A DNA stretch of 64,000 bases from Takakia lepidozioides (Eukaryota; Plantae; Bryophyta), in the NCBI GenBank assembly GCA_030704615.1, contig CM060734.1, positions 4,092,001-4,156,000 on the forward strand. The letters are read 5' to 3'. Of the stretch, positions 1 to 12,781 are shown piece after piece. Below the pieces are notes generated by a model, which was given only the letters and a program-made list of their open reading frames with translations, did no database searches and was not told where the DNA came from. The position numbers and the translations under genes were made by a program. Positions within the stretch are counted from its first letter, which is position 1, and each line of letters begins with the position of its first letter.

Positions 1-9
1 CAACCAAGT

Positions 10-632
10 CTACGTCAATGGCCAGTTCACGAGACACATGAGATTGGCCGAACCGCCATTCAAAATCCTTGTAACGAGCACCCCGACGTGATGTTCTCCA
101 ACTTTCTCACAAAGTATCACCTCGTCAAGATGACATGCTTGAATTCTGCCCTCGTACAAAGCACTTTGTTCATTTCCAAGGAGAATACACAATTTATTTC
201 TCCAACTGTCTCTACCCATAGCAACATCATTATTCGGAGACGACCTTGACATGTCATATTCAATTTGTTCATTGAATTTTGGATGGTAATCAGCCCCAGA
301 TGTCAATTCGACCTCCGAGAACCGAGGAACCTCATTGTTGGTGTTGGTATCAGTCCCAGTATCTTTTTGAATTTGCACCACATCCCAAACGACAGGTGTT
401 CCGATTGCTTCTCCCAAAGAATCCGCATCCATGTGCGGATATGGCAACGACACAGAAGAATGTGCGGATCGCAAGACACTATAACAACAGATATTGTGGA
501 CCTGTTTAGCTGTCGTCCATGGCAACTTCCGCAACCAGTCACGTTGAGACATTCTGCTGTTGCGACGATAGAGTTCGAGCCCTCAAGAGTGAGAAAAACT
601 TGTTGACCAGTTTGGAACAACGACATTTCCAC
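10..632 (-). pseudogene. Frameshifted exon with two Tnp1/En-Spm (CACTA TnpA C-terminal)-like domains
   Basis: ORFs 303-632 and 10-552 join into VFLTLEGSNSIVATAECL..GSCHGRQL..VVIV..LPYPHMDADSLGEAIGTPVVWD, resembling the Tnp1/En/Spm pattern; a second degenerate copy ends LVNWP. Confidence 0.45.
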
Positions 633-2893
633 GAACCTCGCGCGATCGCGTGTGTATCCTACAGTAGAGATTCTGGTGATTAATGATTCGGCACTATATC
701 GATGGACACTAAGAAAGAGTGAAACAATAAGTTACTGAAGTTTGTTTAAAAAAACTGAGGATGAAGATGAAAAAGAACCTCGCGCGATCGCCCGCGTTTA
801 GGGTTATAATGATTTGGATATTGAAAATAGAACTCGGACTCTCGGATTGTCTACTAAAATGTAGAACGTAGATCTCTTTTGGTCGAAACAGAAATTTGTA
901 GAAACTTAAAGGATTTGCTAAAGCTACGACCCGAATGCACAACATTGTCTACGACTCCATAACAAAAATAGAACCACATCGACGGACGTTCGCGCGTGGT
1001 TCAGATGGATGAAATGAATGATGGATGAATAATGGTAGACGACTTTCGGATGACAAGTCAACAAATGGATGAATAAATGAAACATGGATGAACGAAACAG
1101 CTATAGTGCGAGTGATCATTCGAAGTACATAAAACGGTCGGGTGTGTATGTAAGATCTTTGCAGACAGTGGATGGGAACAAAGGAGCAGAGAGACAGAAG
1201 AGAAACCCAGATGAAGTGGAGATGCTCTCAATATTGAAAGGAGTACAAAAGGAAGAATGAACGTAAAACAGACAGTCCTGAAGATCAGCGAGCCAGAGCA
1301 ACTGAGAGGGAAAAAATGGCATGCGTGCACAGGGCAGGCTCTTATACGGATTGTCAAACAGTGCAGTACGAGGTCGACGTGTTCACATTACAGAGGTGCG
1401 TTTTGGAGTGTCATGGATCGACAAATTGTCGCCCTGGATATGCTCTTTCGTGTAATCTAGTGGCTATTATGTGTCCTCCAGAGCATAAATTCAAGTAGGA
1501 GTCTAAAATCCACCGAACATTAATGGGTCTCTAAGTTATTGCGTCCAACGCGAATAACTAACGGATTCAAGATCTGGAATCTGACATCCAAAGCACCAGA
1601 GAAGCAGAAAATCCAATGTTGAATTAATGATACAAGAGAAGAAATAGTCGGCGACGAAAGTGGCCGCCTCTTAAGGCCATTGTGATGAGCCGGCGGCCAT
1701 CTATGGCATGGTGACATTACGTAGCTGCAATGAACGTGGGGCCGTAGATGAGGTGTAGGTAGAGAAAACGTGAGACCGATCAAATCCCAGATGCACGTCC
1801 CGACACCTCATTATTGAACCTATGAATAATATTTTATCATTGGATGAAATAAGAGCCTTCGCGGATGAAACAGACGTATACTGGATGAGATGACTGCCCT
1901 AGTGGATGATTCAACTCCCCTCATGGATGAGCGCCGTCACGGGAACCCGTAATAATTCCAGGGTGTTCACTTTATGAAGGCGTCGGATTGCCGCGCCTAA
2001 CGCTCTGGACAAACTAGTGGAGTCCATTCATTACTGACAGTCATGTCACATCATTGATTGTACCTGCATAAATTTAGGGGTCGTCAGCGAATCGTTGGGA
2101 AACATCCCGCCTTTCATTCATCCATGCATCGAGGCCACAAACCGTAGGATGCGACATAACACCGACGGTTGAGATCACAGGTGGTAAGGCATATAAGGAG
2201 GAGTGACCGAAAGGAGTCTCCTTTTGCATTCATTTGATACACGCAGAAGCCCTGTTCAATTTTGGACTCAAGGAAGAGGTGCGAGAGAGAGCGGCTGAGC
2301 GAGAGAGGTAGAGAGGTGGAGATTGAGTAAGCGAGAGAGTGAGAGATCGAGGGAGCGTGAGTTGGAGTGAGTGTGGGTTTGAGCAATTCACTGTGTGCAG
2401 GGGAGTGTGATAGAGTGAAAGGAGGGCAAAACAAGACTGTAAAGTGTTTTGGAAGACATTAGTTATACAATGCCAACTAAAATCTTCCGTCGCACTTTAT
2501 CTGTCTTGCCATGTACACAGAATATGATAATTCCTGTATGTCGTGACATGGTCACTCTTATGTATGATGGGTGGAGGTGTTCAGTGTGGACACAATAGTA
2601 TACAATAGTATCCAAATATCAATCCAAAAGTCCAGGGCAGTTTGAAATATTACTTGTTGTCAACATCGCTTAGGTTGTTCATCGATTATGTCGACCACTG
2701 TTTCTGATTAGACAGTGAAGATGTGATGTCCATGAATGGTTAAAAAAAGCGCGCGCGATCGCACGTGTTTCATTTAGTGCAAGTCGTCACGTATAGAAGC
2801 CCTATCGAACAGTGGCTAATACCAAACTGTACATGGTCGAAGAAATCATTCATTAGTAGGACAATGAACTCAGTGTTTTCAATTAAAAGGATT

Positions 2894-3175
2894 ATGCAAT
2901 GATTGATTGTTGTGCAATCGCGCGAATTTGACTCCGTAGTAGATACCCAAGATTATACACCCGGATCCCCGGAGTATACTCCCGTATCACCAGAGTACAC
3001 TTCGGCATCCCCAAAGTATACACCCTCATCGCCATGGTATACTCCGGGATCCCCAGAATACTCACTAATAGGATACTTTAGCCACCTCAGACCCGGGTCG
3101 GCTGCATTGGCCTCATTTTTGGCACAGTACACACCTACGTCAACTGTAAGTTCCGACCATTCAGAATCATCATAA
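2894..3175 (+). CDS. Small ORF with RNA Pol II CTD-like heptads (probably decayed)
   Basis: YTPGSPE-YTPVSPE-YTSASPK-YTPSSPW-YTPGSPE-YS; ATG at 2894 is followed by an in-frame TGA at 2900 (possible CGA>TGA). Confidence 0.4.
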
Positions 3176-3270
3176 ATAGATTGATTCTTCATAGGCTCTT
3201 GAACCAGTTCAGAATTTCAACATGGTTCCATCGAATACCCACAATAATCAGTAGGATCACTTTCTGGGGG

Positions 3271-3991
3271 TGTCGCGCACCTCACTTCGGTAAGCTCCCC
3301 CCCCCCTCAAGTCATAGTTACTAGCTTGATGCGCGCGCCTAACTCCCAACCTGGCCGCCGGGCCAACTTGGAGCTTCGGCTGCTCACCGGGGCATAACGG
3401 TCCCCCTTTGATCTCCCAAAGAACCCTCCAACGATTTGGAGTCAGCGGAATTCCCTTTGGTAGTTGGCAGTCCGGAACAGCTCCCCACTCTTTGGTCGCT
3501 TTCCGGCTCGCTCGCTTACTCATTAGTTTTTGGTCACCAACGGGCTTGCACCGTTCTACTCCCCTATATATACTTCTGTAGCTGTCCGCGGGGGTTTCAC
3601 AAACAACCATGCCATTTTATGGCGAACCACCACGAACACCCTCGACTCCCGGTGATGAGTCGCGGTGAGTCTTGGCCCGCCCACCACGGCCCCTATGGAC
3701 CGTGATGAGTCCCAAGACTCCCCACGACTCCCACCACGAGGTCTCCGCCCCAGGGTGAGTCCTATGTCACCCCCACTAAGTCCCGCTAAGCTACCACCAC
3801 CCCTTGTGGAGCCACCCCCGCCGCAACCCGGTGTGCGGGGCTCCACCTAGTGAGCGCCTCCGCCTCCTTGAGTGCCTTGGGCACTCAAGGGTGCTTCAGC
3901 CCCTCATACCTATCGCTGCCACTACCCCCACCACAGGGGCAGCCCCTCTTGTGTCCCAACCCCCCTGCCCTCAAGGCAAAGGGCCGCGACA
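3271..3991 (-). repeat. Chromovirus LTR (~720 bp)
   Basis: TG...CA termini; homologous to LTRs at 24461, 29937, 34585 and 53641. Confidence 0.9.
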
Positions 3992-5615
3992 CACACCCCT
4001 ACCAACAGGGAGTCGATGTCCTCATCGGCTTGTCCATTTTGTGGAAACGAACATCCAAGTTGTGGCGTCCCACATCAAGGAGTTTGTTTCCGTACCATGG
4101 CGTCCCATGGCAAAGAACCAAACCCCACACTTGACTCTACTCTTCACTAGCTAGTTCGGCCGACTTCCTCCAAGTCCCGGCCAAGGGTGGAGCCTCTCAA
4201 GCTCCTCCCAGTGCACGCTTCTTGGCCTACTTCAAGGCCAAGGAACGATCCTCCCCGAGGATCGAATCGCCTTACTGCAACAACATTGCTTGCGATCGCT
4301 CATGATGCCGCTTTTGGCATCACCTTGAGCAAGGGTTCACCTCGAACCCTCTTTGACTAGGAAGATAACCTTGAACCAACCGCGCGCCCCAATCACTACA
4401 ATTGGGTCCGCCTTGGAATGCTGGCCTGAGGTACGGGAACACGCCGAAGCCGCACTACGACTTTGTCCCGAGGCTACACGATTAAGTACGTGAACGGAAG
4501 CACGTAGCTTCCGCGTTAGCCCGTACTACAAGACAACCCCCTCGGTAGCGCAGTTATAGTACGCGCACGCGCCAGGTGCGCACTAGCACGTGAACTCCTA
4601 AAGAAGGCGCAAGTTTCCTTGCCCCTTGGATGGGAGTCACCCAATTTCGGCACTGCGCAAACACACGATTAACCCAATTTACCTCTCCCACTTTTGTAAG
4701 CTAGCATGCATTCTACACACTAGCCAACCACACCATGCATCACCATTCCAAACAAAATAGGAAGCACAACATTTGGAACCCATTTCCTTTATCACAAATT
4801 TTTGTATAATACAAGTTTTTGCAATCGGATTCCTAAGCTAGCTAAGCCAGGCTAAGCATGCATTTCCTCCCCCACGCTCCAAGGTTGATGTCCCCATCAA
4901 CGCTTCTTCCGCTTTTGAGGTCGCCCTTCGAAAACTGCAACCGCCTCGGATGCGTTTCCCATTTCTGAGGCACGCACCCAAGATGCCTCCACATGATGAT
5001 AGCCCTTCCATTTGACGAGATACTCCGTTTCTCGGTTCTTGAACCTCCTCGACTTAAGTATTGCCTCCACCTCGTACTCAGGTTCATTTTCATGATCCAA
5101 CAGCACAGGTGGCGGACGCAACACTTGATGCCGATTCGGACGCGCTTCATCTTTGAAGTAAGGCTTCAAAAGAGAGACGTGGAATACTGGATGCACCTTG
5201 CTGTTGGCCGGCAACTCCAATTCATACACATCTTCATTCATAACCTTCTGGATGCGAAAGGGTCCCGCATACGGAGGTACGAACTTTGGACTCACTTCCG
5301 GAGGTAATCGGAAATTCTTGATGTTCAACCAGACCTCCGTGCCCGCCTCAAACTTCACATCCCTCTGCTTCCAATTCGCATGCCTTTCATACCGTTTCCT
5401 AGCTTTGGCAATGTTGTACTTTGCGAGCTTCAACAAACGCTCGCGTTCTTCCAGTACCGCCGCTACTGCCGGTTCCTCAATGTCCTAGGCGGCCCAACTT
5501 GTCGGCACCAGAGGTGCTTTTCCATAGACCAATACGAAAGGGGAAACTCCCGTTGCGGAGTGTTTTGTGTTATTATAACAGAACTTTGCCGCGTCTAAGT
5601 GTTCCACCCAGTCTG
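3271..5615 (-). mobile_element. 3' fragment of chromoviral Ty3/Gypsy element (3' LTR, 3' UTR, integrase C-terminus with chromodomain)
   Basis: LTR 3271-3991 with TGTCGCG...CGCGACA ends; ORF 4897-5436 has GPF motif and chromodomain EYEVEAILKSR..EYLVKWKGY; near-identical to 24461-26800. Confidence 0.9.
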
Positions 5616-5620
5616 TTACT

Positions 5621-6640
5621 TGAGGATCAATGAACACTTACCTGGCAGCTCAAACAGTGTGCGTCAACGCACACTGTTTGAGCCCACATGTCATTGTTTT
5701 TTCGTTTGAAAATCGGCCACACAGGGCTGTCTCTGAGGATCAATCATCACTTACCTGGCAACTCAAACAGTGTGCGTCAACGCACACTGTTTGAGCCCAC
5801 CTTCTCATTGTTTTTTCGATTGAAAATCGGCCACACAGGGCATGTAACTGAGGATCAATGAACACTTACCTAGCAGCTCAAACAGTGTGCGTTGGCGCAC
5901 ACTGTTTGAGCCCAACTTCTCATTATTTTTTCATCTGAAAAAGGCCACAAACAACATGTATTTGAGGATCAATCATCACATACCTGGCAGCTCAAACAGT
6001 GTGTGTCAACGCACACTGTTTGAGCTCATATTGTCATTGCCTTTGTCATCTGAAATCGGCCACATAGGGCATGTATTTGAGGATCAATCATCACTTACCT
6101 GGCAGCTCAAACAATGTGCGTCAACGCACACTGTTTGAGCTCACCTTCTCATTATTTTGTCATCTGAAAAAAGGCCACAAAGGGCATGTATTTGAGGATC
6201 AATCATCACTTACCTGGCAGCTCAAAGAGTGTGCATCAACGCACACTGTTTGAGCTCACCTTGTCATTGCCTTTCTCATCTGAAAATCGGCCACATAGGG
6301 TATGTATTTGAGGATCAATCATCACTTACCTGGCAGCTCAAACAGTGTGCGTCAACGCACACTGTTTGAGCCCACCTTGTCATTGTTTTTTTCCTATGAT
6401 ATTCGGCAACACAGGGTACGTCTGTGAGGATCAAGGAACACTTACCTGGCAGCTCAAACAGTGTGCGTCAACGCACACTGTTTGAGCTCACCTTTTCTTT
6501 GTTTTTTTCATCTGAAAATCGGCCACTAAGGGCATGTCTTTGAGGTTCAATGAACACTTACCTGGCAGCTCAAACAGTGTGCGTCAACGCACACTGTTTG
6601 AGCCCACCTTGTCATTGTTTTTTTCATTTGAATAGGGCCA
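5621..6640. repeat. Tandem array, ~9 x ~115 bp, each unit with a 36-bp palindrome
   Basis: Unit starts TGAGGATCAAT and contains GCTCAAACAGTGTGCG-TCAA-CGCACACTGTTTGAGC (16-bp arms). Confidence 0.95.
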
Positions 6641-6823
6641 AATATCATGTTCAAAACACTTGAATTTGGAAGCTGAAACATTGTGCGGCAACGCACGGTG
6701 TTTTCGGCCCCACAATGCTTGTTTTCTGGTGAGAAATTTGGCCACACAGGGCCTGTCTGCCATGCTCAAACACCATCGTTTCATGCCTCTCTCTTATATC
6801 AATTTGAATGAACAACCCTGCAG

Positions 6824-9800
6824 GAGAAGATGCAAAGTGTGGCGGAGGCTGCCCTTCAGGGCAGGGGAAGGAGATCATTGTTGATGTTGACGATGAGTTC
6901 TATGAAAGCAAAGCCACTGAGATGCTGGGGGGTCAGAAGGTAAACTCTCAGCTTGTGGTGTAAAGTATGCTTGCCCCGGGTGGGAGGTTGAAGATTCCCC
7001 TATGTAGGTTGGTTTCCATGCCCGTCGTTCGTCCACCCCTCATCAAGGACATTCTCAAGCTGGAGGCCGAGTTTGTTCATGGGTATTTGGATGGATCCGC
7101 AGTCTTTTACGTTTCTACAAAGGATTCCAGAGGCAATGAGCTCCTTGTGGATGAGTCAATCGTGGACTCCTGGGATCCCATTTGGAGACAGGTGAACGAA
7201 TCCTTCGAACTTCTTCTCTCCAGGAAACCTTCCACCCGGGCATTCTCAGGGAAGATGTTTCACGTTTGGGATGGCAACCACCGGTTGTTTGCATGGATGG
7301 CTGTCATTGGGAGGCTGCACTCACAGGAGGAAGAGTGGCATTACTCTGTTCGATCGATGGTGTTGGATTGTGACGGGAACATGATGGGTCTTCTGACGGC
7401 AATGAATGATGTGAACAGGTTGGTTTCTCATTCTACATGTTCCACTTGTGGTTCCGAGGTTCTTTGATTCAAGTCCTTCAATTTCATTCTGACTTTCAGA
7501 TATCATTCTGCAGAGGGACGGAGACATCACATGTCAAAACGAGTCTGGTTCACACACTGTATAGGATACAAAGGATCGGGCAGATGCCCTTGACCAACTT
7601 CAAGACCATCCTTTCAGCAGAGACGTACAAGAAGTGCGAAAGCTCCAAGACATCGGAAACATGGTACTCGTTGACCCGTGAGGCTTTCATGGAGTACATG
7701 TACACGGTGAGATACATCTTCCTTCATCTGGCCTTTCCATATTCCTGCTTCCACATGTTTGTTTCTGTTTGTTTCCCTTGACCTTGGGTTGATGCAACTC
7801 TCATGCATTCCCTTGCAGCAAGACATTGCAGATGCAGGGGAGCGTGGCAAACTGGAATACTACAGCTCAACCCCTGAGGAGAGAAGGACAGCAAAGGGGG
7901 TTGAGAGTCACATCCAAAAAGAGATGACCGCTATAAGAAGGACTATAATGAGTGCTTTTGTGAAGCAGTTGAGAATTGCCGACCCATCATTCGGATCGCA
8001 GTTTCTCCTGGAGATAAAAAACCATTATAACAAGCCAGGCAAGCCAGAGATGGCCCAGGAGAAGTTGCACAGGTTGTCTACCGCCGTTGTGTCTTCAGAA
8101 CAGAAGGTGAAGTGGCTACAGATATGGAACTCCGATCCCACAGTTAGGGATACCCACATGTTCCCCAGGCCGGAGAAAGAGAAGAAGACCCAGCATGTCA
8201 TTTCTGTCAGTGACAATGTGTTGGACACGTGGCTTCACAAGGCCACTTACTGGAGCCAGGTGTGATGTCCTTTCCTGTGTCACTTTCTTTTCTCTTTTCC
8301 TGTCCTTCTCTTTCCATTGCCTCTTACATTTGCTGTGATTGTTTTTGGGTTCATTCTTGCATTTGAATTGTTTTGCAGTTGGAAGAAAGGGCCCGGTCGG
8401 TTATGCATACTCAGCTGGCTGACTATGGCATCACTATGACAGCACCGAAGGTCTCCTTCGAAGCATACATGAGAAAATGGAGAGCCACAGTGTGGCACTC
8501 TTGTTTCTTTAGAGAGTTCAGCAAGGAGGGTGGCATCAGTCGAACAAATGACCTTGACCAGCAAGAAAAAGGAGAGGAAGCCTGGAAACGATGCCTTTAC
8601 AGGTGCACACCCTGGGCCGTTTCAGGCTACTTAGTGTGTTGTGGTTGCAATGTACTGTGCCACATACTGTTTAAGGGGGTCTTCCTGGTGTGATGGAAAA
8701 GCTGAGAGACAATAATTGCATTGCATGATGAGGCTGTCTCTGTTCCTGCAGGTACATAAAGTTTGTTCTCATGGAAGAGAATTGCTTAGACAAACATCCA
8801 GATTTCGTGGACCTTTGGCTTGTCCCTACTGGCAACCAGACCATGTTTACTACTGGGATCTTGCATGACTGGGGCCCAGACCATCTTTCTTCTTGTGGTT
8901 GGTATTTGGATTGCCCTCCTTCTGAGACCCCAGCTCCGGAGGTGTCTTTGAGGAGAGAGAATGAGCGTATTGCAGCCACTGCCGCAGCAGCCGACCTCGA
9001 CATTCATGAACAAAATTTGAGGACTCTTGCAGAGAAGGAGCCTCCCGCTCAGGATACCCCGGGTAGAGGAAGAAAGGCAAAGGGAAAAGATGTTGCTGGT
9101 GTTGTGGGGAAAGGAAGGGGTAGAGGGAAGGTGGCACAAGGGCAGGGAAGTGTTGCAGATATTGGCCCAGTGGTGCATGTCCAGCAGACTCCACCGCATG
9201 GTAGGGGATCCGTGAGAAAGAACAAGGGGGTGGTTGATCCCAATGACCCGTACCATGCAGTGGAACATCCCACGAGGGTCATTCGCCCTACCAGGTTGGA
9301 GATGGCCAACGTCGGGTTCCTTGCCATGATGGAGTCTAAGAAATCTGATTTCAAGGGCGAGCCATCACCAGTGTGGGAGAGGATTGTGGAGTTCCTCGGC
9401 ACGGTGTGTGTTCTCTTTTGCTTCTTCTCTGCTGTGGGCATGGATCGTTTCAATCCTCTTGAGTATTCCATTGTAATTTTGTTTGCAGGCTAAAATGACC
9501 AAATCCTGGGTGAACGGGAAGGAGAAGCCATATGCAGCCGAACTCATCATCTTGGACATCCCTGATGGGTTGGAAGTCCCGGATGTCCCTCCATCGGGTG
9601 CTTGTCCGGGTTGGAATGCTTTTGATGAGCGCTACTGGCGGTGGGTTTTCTCCTTTTGCAAATTTTTCCTGTCCGATGTAGGTGTTTTGGTGCTCATCCA
9701 GTCCATCGACGTTCGCTGTCGCCGTGCACTTGCCAACTATTTGAAAGCCTCGGGCATGAGAGTCGTGAAGACTTGGATTGTGTGAACAACATGTACCTTA

Positions 9801-10922
9801 CGAAGGGGGATCGTCCGGGAGAGATGGTAAATTTGCCTTCTTCTTCCTCTTCTTGGTGGTTCTCGGATGGAGTTGTATAGGTCGCTCGAACTCATATGTA
9901 GGGGCCTGATTTTTTAAGCTTCTTAGTTCCTTGTGGATGTCCTATTCACAGACTCGTTTGTTTGAAGCTGTTTGTCTCGTCCGAGTGCATCCACCAACGA
10001 CTCCGGCCGGCATTGCGGAGTTCGCCATCACTCATGGGGGCAAGTTCATAGACGACAGGACAGATCCTCCCACGGATGACATGCACCACAACTACGTCGA
10101 CAACAACGTGTGCTTGCGAAGGGGGAATGGGGTTCCTTGGAGAGGGGCGAGCCCGGCTTTCATTCAAACGATTGTGGAGTGCTGCATCTACACGGACGCC
10201 AGAGTTCTGGATTTGTCAATGGGCACAGGTTCGTCTCTTCAACATTCACATTTCATGAGGTTTGATTGAGATTGCACTTTCAGCACTTCCCACCGTTCCA
10301 AATGTGTCTTCAATGTCTGCTTCCTTCATTCTATTCCACTGCAGGTGCTTCGTACCACGCTTGCAAGGCCAGTGCGTGACATCTCTTTGGGATTGAAGGG
10401 GATGCTGAGATTTACAAGAACCTCCTGATGGGTTTGGGTGGACACACTTCTCAAGTCCTTCCGAAGCCCCGTCCCACTGATATTGATACAGAGGAGACTT
10501 CCGACAAGGAGCTAGACTCCGACTTTGCCTGTGAGTAAGTTCAACCTGTGGATGCTTGCATTGTTGTTTCAATATCGAGAGTCACTGTTCTTGAGGCAAA
10601 GTTCACATGGGAGACATCCTCTTCGTTGGACTTGTGCATTGCATCATTGTGTTCAAAATGGGTTTTTGTCGACATGTGCAGGAGTCCGCGTGCTTCCACT
10701 TACCCTCCAGGGCTATCACACCTATTTGGACTTCTTTCCAGTCCTCCTCGGTCTTGCATGCTACCTGTCTATGCGGAGGCACTTGCAGCAAGCATGTCCG
10801 TTCATGGCACTCGGAGTCCACCCATCGACGGCCGTGGTAGAAGACGTGGTGTTGGGGCCAGAATCTTTGTGGATAACATAGCACAGGAGGTCGAGACTGA
10901 TTCTGATGACTGTGACACTTGA
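6824..10922 (+). pseudogene. Multi-exon ParB/Srx-like domain + beta-class N4-cytosine/N6-adenine DNA methyltransferase fusion
   Basis: GT-AG exons 6824-7418, 7514-7706, 7819-8259, 8379-8602, 8752-9403, 9489-9826, 9952-10228, 10345-~10530, ~10682-10922. N-terminal HVWDGNHRLFAW (ParB/Srx DGxHR); C-terminal ELIILDIPDG (motif IV position) precedes VLDLSMGTG-ASYHACKASA*HLFGIEGD (motif I/II). Stops at 6961 and 10377, frameshift ~9780. Confidence 0.7.
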
Positions 10923-11680
10923 TATGAAGTTTTCTTTTGGTTTTATTCGGGGCCAAATTTGAAATGGGATGGTTGTGTGTCCTTGTTGTCCTGTTTGCAA
11001 TGTGTGCGTGGAATGCACATTCATGGGAACAAAGTATTGTTGGAGATGGGGGTTGCATGGACTGCCCGGATTGTTCCTTCAATCTATTTAGTGTTTTGTG
11101 GACCTCACAGACTTGAGTGCATTGCAAAAACAAACAAACGACTTTGGTTCGTGTAGAGCATTCTCGCATCATTTGCTCGTTGGTCTCCAAACCATTCCTG
11201 CTAGAAGAATGGTTGGTGAATCCATCACGGTGAAGTCCACCTCATCAAAGAGCGTTCAGGCATTCTCAAATCTAATGAGCATCCATGATGCTCCCGCACA
11301 TACCTGGCATGTTCGCAAGGGTGGTGAGTAAGAAAAGATTTCGCAGGGATCCGCTTTAGATGATGTCAGTGTGCACCTCCTCACGACGTACCCACATAAA
11401 CTTGTGAGGGCTTGGTATGTTGATAACATCTGGATGGATGCAATGGATACAATGGATGTAACATATCCACTCTGCATTCCCGGGAAATGGCTGATCAACC
11501 CGCGGAAATAGGTGACACCCGCGGAAATAGACCCTGTATGCATGCTGACGTGGCGTGAGCCTGTGCTGGGCTCACGGTTTCCTGGGCTCACAGGCTCACG
11601 CCTCCAGGCTCACGGAATAGCACCCCCCGACTGTGGCAACCGCATTATAGCAACCACGCCAGGTCGACAGTGTTGATACC

Positions 11681-12781
11681 ATGGCACTGCAGCAATCACT
11701 GTCTGAGGTTTGGGGTGATGCTTCTTTTAACCCACCTACTACTCTTGCTGCACTTGACTACAATCGGGCTATGATTCTACCCTTCAACCGAATTCCCGTT
11801 GTTATGGATTTGGCTTGGAAAGAATTCAGTCCTCCAGAGTCTTTGGCACACTATTACCAGATTATGCGCATTTGGTTGCCAGTGGCAACTCGGACTAAAG
11901 TTCTTCCAAATGACAGACCCATTGAAGATCACCATTTTGCATGGTGCTGGTCTAAGGCAAGCACCATGCGGAAGGAATTAATTGCCTTCCAGATTGTTCA
12001 TGGATACATCTACACCAAGACCAAAGAGGTACCTAGTTTGGTCATGGGTTGTGGATTGTATTATGCTGCTTGTTTTATTTCACGCTATCACATTGAACAA
12101 CAAAAGATGCAGATGAGATTTCAGACTTATTCCAATGGGGAGCATTGGGTGTTACCTTCAGTTCCATCACATACATATCTGTATGATGTAAGGATCATGC
12201 TTCAGAAGGATCCCCAACTTTGTTCTTTGTTTACTTTTGCTCTGGAGAATTTGGCCAAGGAAAACTTGGGTCTTGACCACATTTTTCCTAAGGGGCATGA
12301 AGCCAGAAAGTGGTTACACTTTTCCAATGTCATTGGCACACCACTCAGCTATACAGACGATGAACTGAGGGCATACACTAATTTTGCCAGAAAGCGGTTG
12401 ATACAAGTGTTAAAGTCTAAGCTTCCAGACATGGTGGGCATACACTGTATGCCAGTTAGGATTCTTGAGAAGCCACATAAGGTCAGGGCACCGAAAGGCC
12501 ACCGGGGGGAAGATGATTCGAATACTACTAGTTATGTGGAAGGGAGTTTTGACATGGCTGAGGATTATGCGATACAAATGGCAGAGAAGAAACGACGGGG
12601 ATCTCCTATGCCTGAGAAGTTACCTCCTTATCAGCCAAAGGCAAGGCAATCAGTTCCATCCAGTCGGCAGTCATCCCCACCAACCAGCGATATGGCTCGG
12701 GCTCACACACAGAGCCCTCCGAGGGACTCTCACCAGCAGAAGGGTGCTCACTTACAAAGGTTTGCTGATCCTAAACAGTAA
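11681..12781 (+). CDS. Uncharacterised 366-aa ORF, likely first exon of a TE-encoded multi-domain gene
   Basis: Long open frame with globular-looking N-terminal ~270 aa; followed by intron-like sequence and a P/G/Y-rich exon at ~13000-13330. Confidence 0.55.
   Translation: MALQQSLSEVWGDASFNPPTTLAALDYNRAMILPFNRIPVVMDLAWKEFSPPESLAHYYQIMRIWLPVATRTKVLPNDRPIEDHHFAWCWSKASTMRKELIAFQIVHGYIYTKTKEVPSLVMGCGLYYAACFISRYHIEQQKMQMRFQTYSNGEHWVLPSVPSHTYLYDVRIMLQKDPQLCSLFTFALENLAKENLGLDHIFPKGHEARKWLHFSNVIGTPLSYTDDELRAYTNFARKRLIQVLKSKLPDMVGIHCMPVRILEKPHKVRAPKGHRGEDDSNTTSYVEGSFDMAEDYAIQMAEKKRRGSPMPEKLPPYQPKARQSVPSSRQSSPPTSDMARAHTQSPPRDSHQQKGAHLQRFADPKQ

Noticed and set aside
1000-2450. GGATGA-rich and GA-rich tracts as a distinct element end
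   Set aside because: No TIR or TSD could be identified; insufficient support
2953-3065. RPB1 gene
   Set aside because: Only five heptads and no polymerase domains nearby
3257-4154. Many overlapping ORFs in LTRs (also at 24.4-25.3, 29.8-30.6, 34.4-35.2 and 53.5-54.4 kb)
   Set aside because: GC-rich non-coding LTR sequence; frames are broken by indels between copies
5621-6640. CRISPR-like array of palindromic repeats
   Set aside because: The intervening sequences are homologous to one another, there are no cas genes, and the context is eukaryotic
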